Source: Protoeuglena noctilucae (taxonomy: Eukaryota). From it: a stretch of DNA of 64,000 nt. The stretch covers positions 1,364,001-1,428,000 of the forward strand of contig OY253671.1 in the NCBI GenBank assembly GCA_958009085.1, in the 5' to 3' direction. Numbering within the stretch: position 1 is the stretch's first letter; each line of letters opens with the position of its first letter. This document shows, in pieces, positions 63,394-64,000 of this stretch. A program made the position numbers and the translations under genes. The notes under the pieces are model-generated. The model saw nothing but the letters and a program-made list of their open reading frames with translations. It did not search any database and was not told the origin of the DNA.

Positions 63394-64000
63394 ATGGCGT
63401 CCGTGGCCCCGGTTGCGCGGCCGCTGGCTGCCCGGCCTGTCGTCCAGGCCACTTCTAGCCGGGCTCATCATGTGATTTGCATGGCGAACTCCAAGGTCAT
63501 GCAGGCAGAGGTGCGGGGCGGCCGGCTCGGATGTAGCCTCCCTGCGGCCTCGTGGGAGCGCGCCTCCTTGCAATCCCGAGATGCCAAGCTGTCGTACCGG
63601 CCTTTCTTCGACGCTTCTGCCTCACGTCCGCGTTCGGGCTGGGCGAGGGTCGGGTTTTCTCGCCTTGCTCGCTCGTCTGGCTGCCCCTCCTCTGGCTCGA
63701 CAAGGCGATTGACCATGTCGGTGTCTATCGGTGTCGGGCGTGCGGTTCTCGCGCGAGGAGCGGCCCGCGTCGGCGTCCGGCCGCTGCTGGATAGAGGCAG
63801 GCCCCTTGCGAGGCCTGGCGACGCCGGGGATGCGCCTCATACAATGAACTCGTTCTTGGGATCCTTATCGAACGGGTGGGACCACCGACGAGCCTCCGCG
63901 GCCGCTCCTCGCGCGCGCAGGTGGAGGTGCGGCCGGGCGAGCCCTTCGATGCGGCCATGCGCCGCTTCCGCCGGAAGGTGACGAACGCGGGGGTCATCAA
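63394..64000 (+). CDS. PRPS21: Plastid ribosomal protein bS21, partial (runs off the window)
   Basis: Transit peptide MASVAPVARPLAARPVVQA in exon 1. Exon 2 from 63921 reads VEVRPGEPFDAAMRRFRRKVTNAGVI, the S21 signature. Confidence 0.85.

Overview
This is eukaryotic nuclear DNA from a compact, very GC-rich genome with many short (about 70-130 nt) spliceosomal introns. Plastid-targeted genes (bS21, mTERF, KsgA, DUF1802) and ciliary genes (MYCBPAP, CSPP1, CFAP97-like, AHI1) point to a flagellated green alga; that assignment is inference. About 21 protein-coding genes could be reconstructed by hand-splicing, and most long ORFs in the six-frame track are GC-rich shadow frames. No rRNA, tRNA, CRISPR or clear mobile element was seen. 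Standout observations: (1) a single ~9.7 kb gene encoding an active kinase, a four-helix bundle, a paralogous pseudokinase, an MLKL/Cbl-like four-helix bundle plus EF-like region, a STAND NTPase and TPRs, i.e. an NLR-like receptor with RIPK3/MLKL-like parts in one chain; (2) one gene fusing tandem Agenet, Myb-like, ASI1-like and AIPP1-like modules, a possible one-chain version of the plant ASI1-AIPP1-EDM2 anti-silencing complex; (3) a C2H2 protein with a possible SeqA-C-like domain; (4) an MddA-like methanethiol methyltransferase; (5) unusually frequent GC-AG introns. All family assignments come from motif recognition by eye, not database searches.
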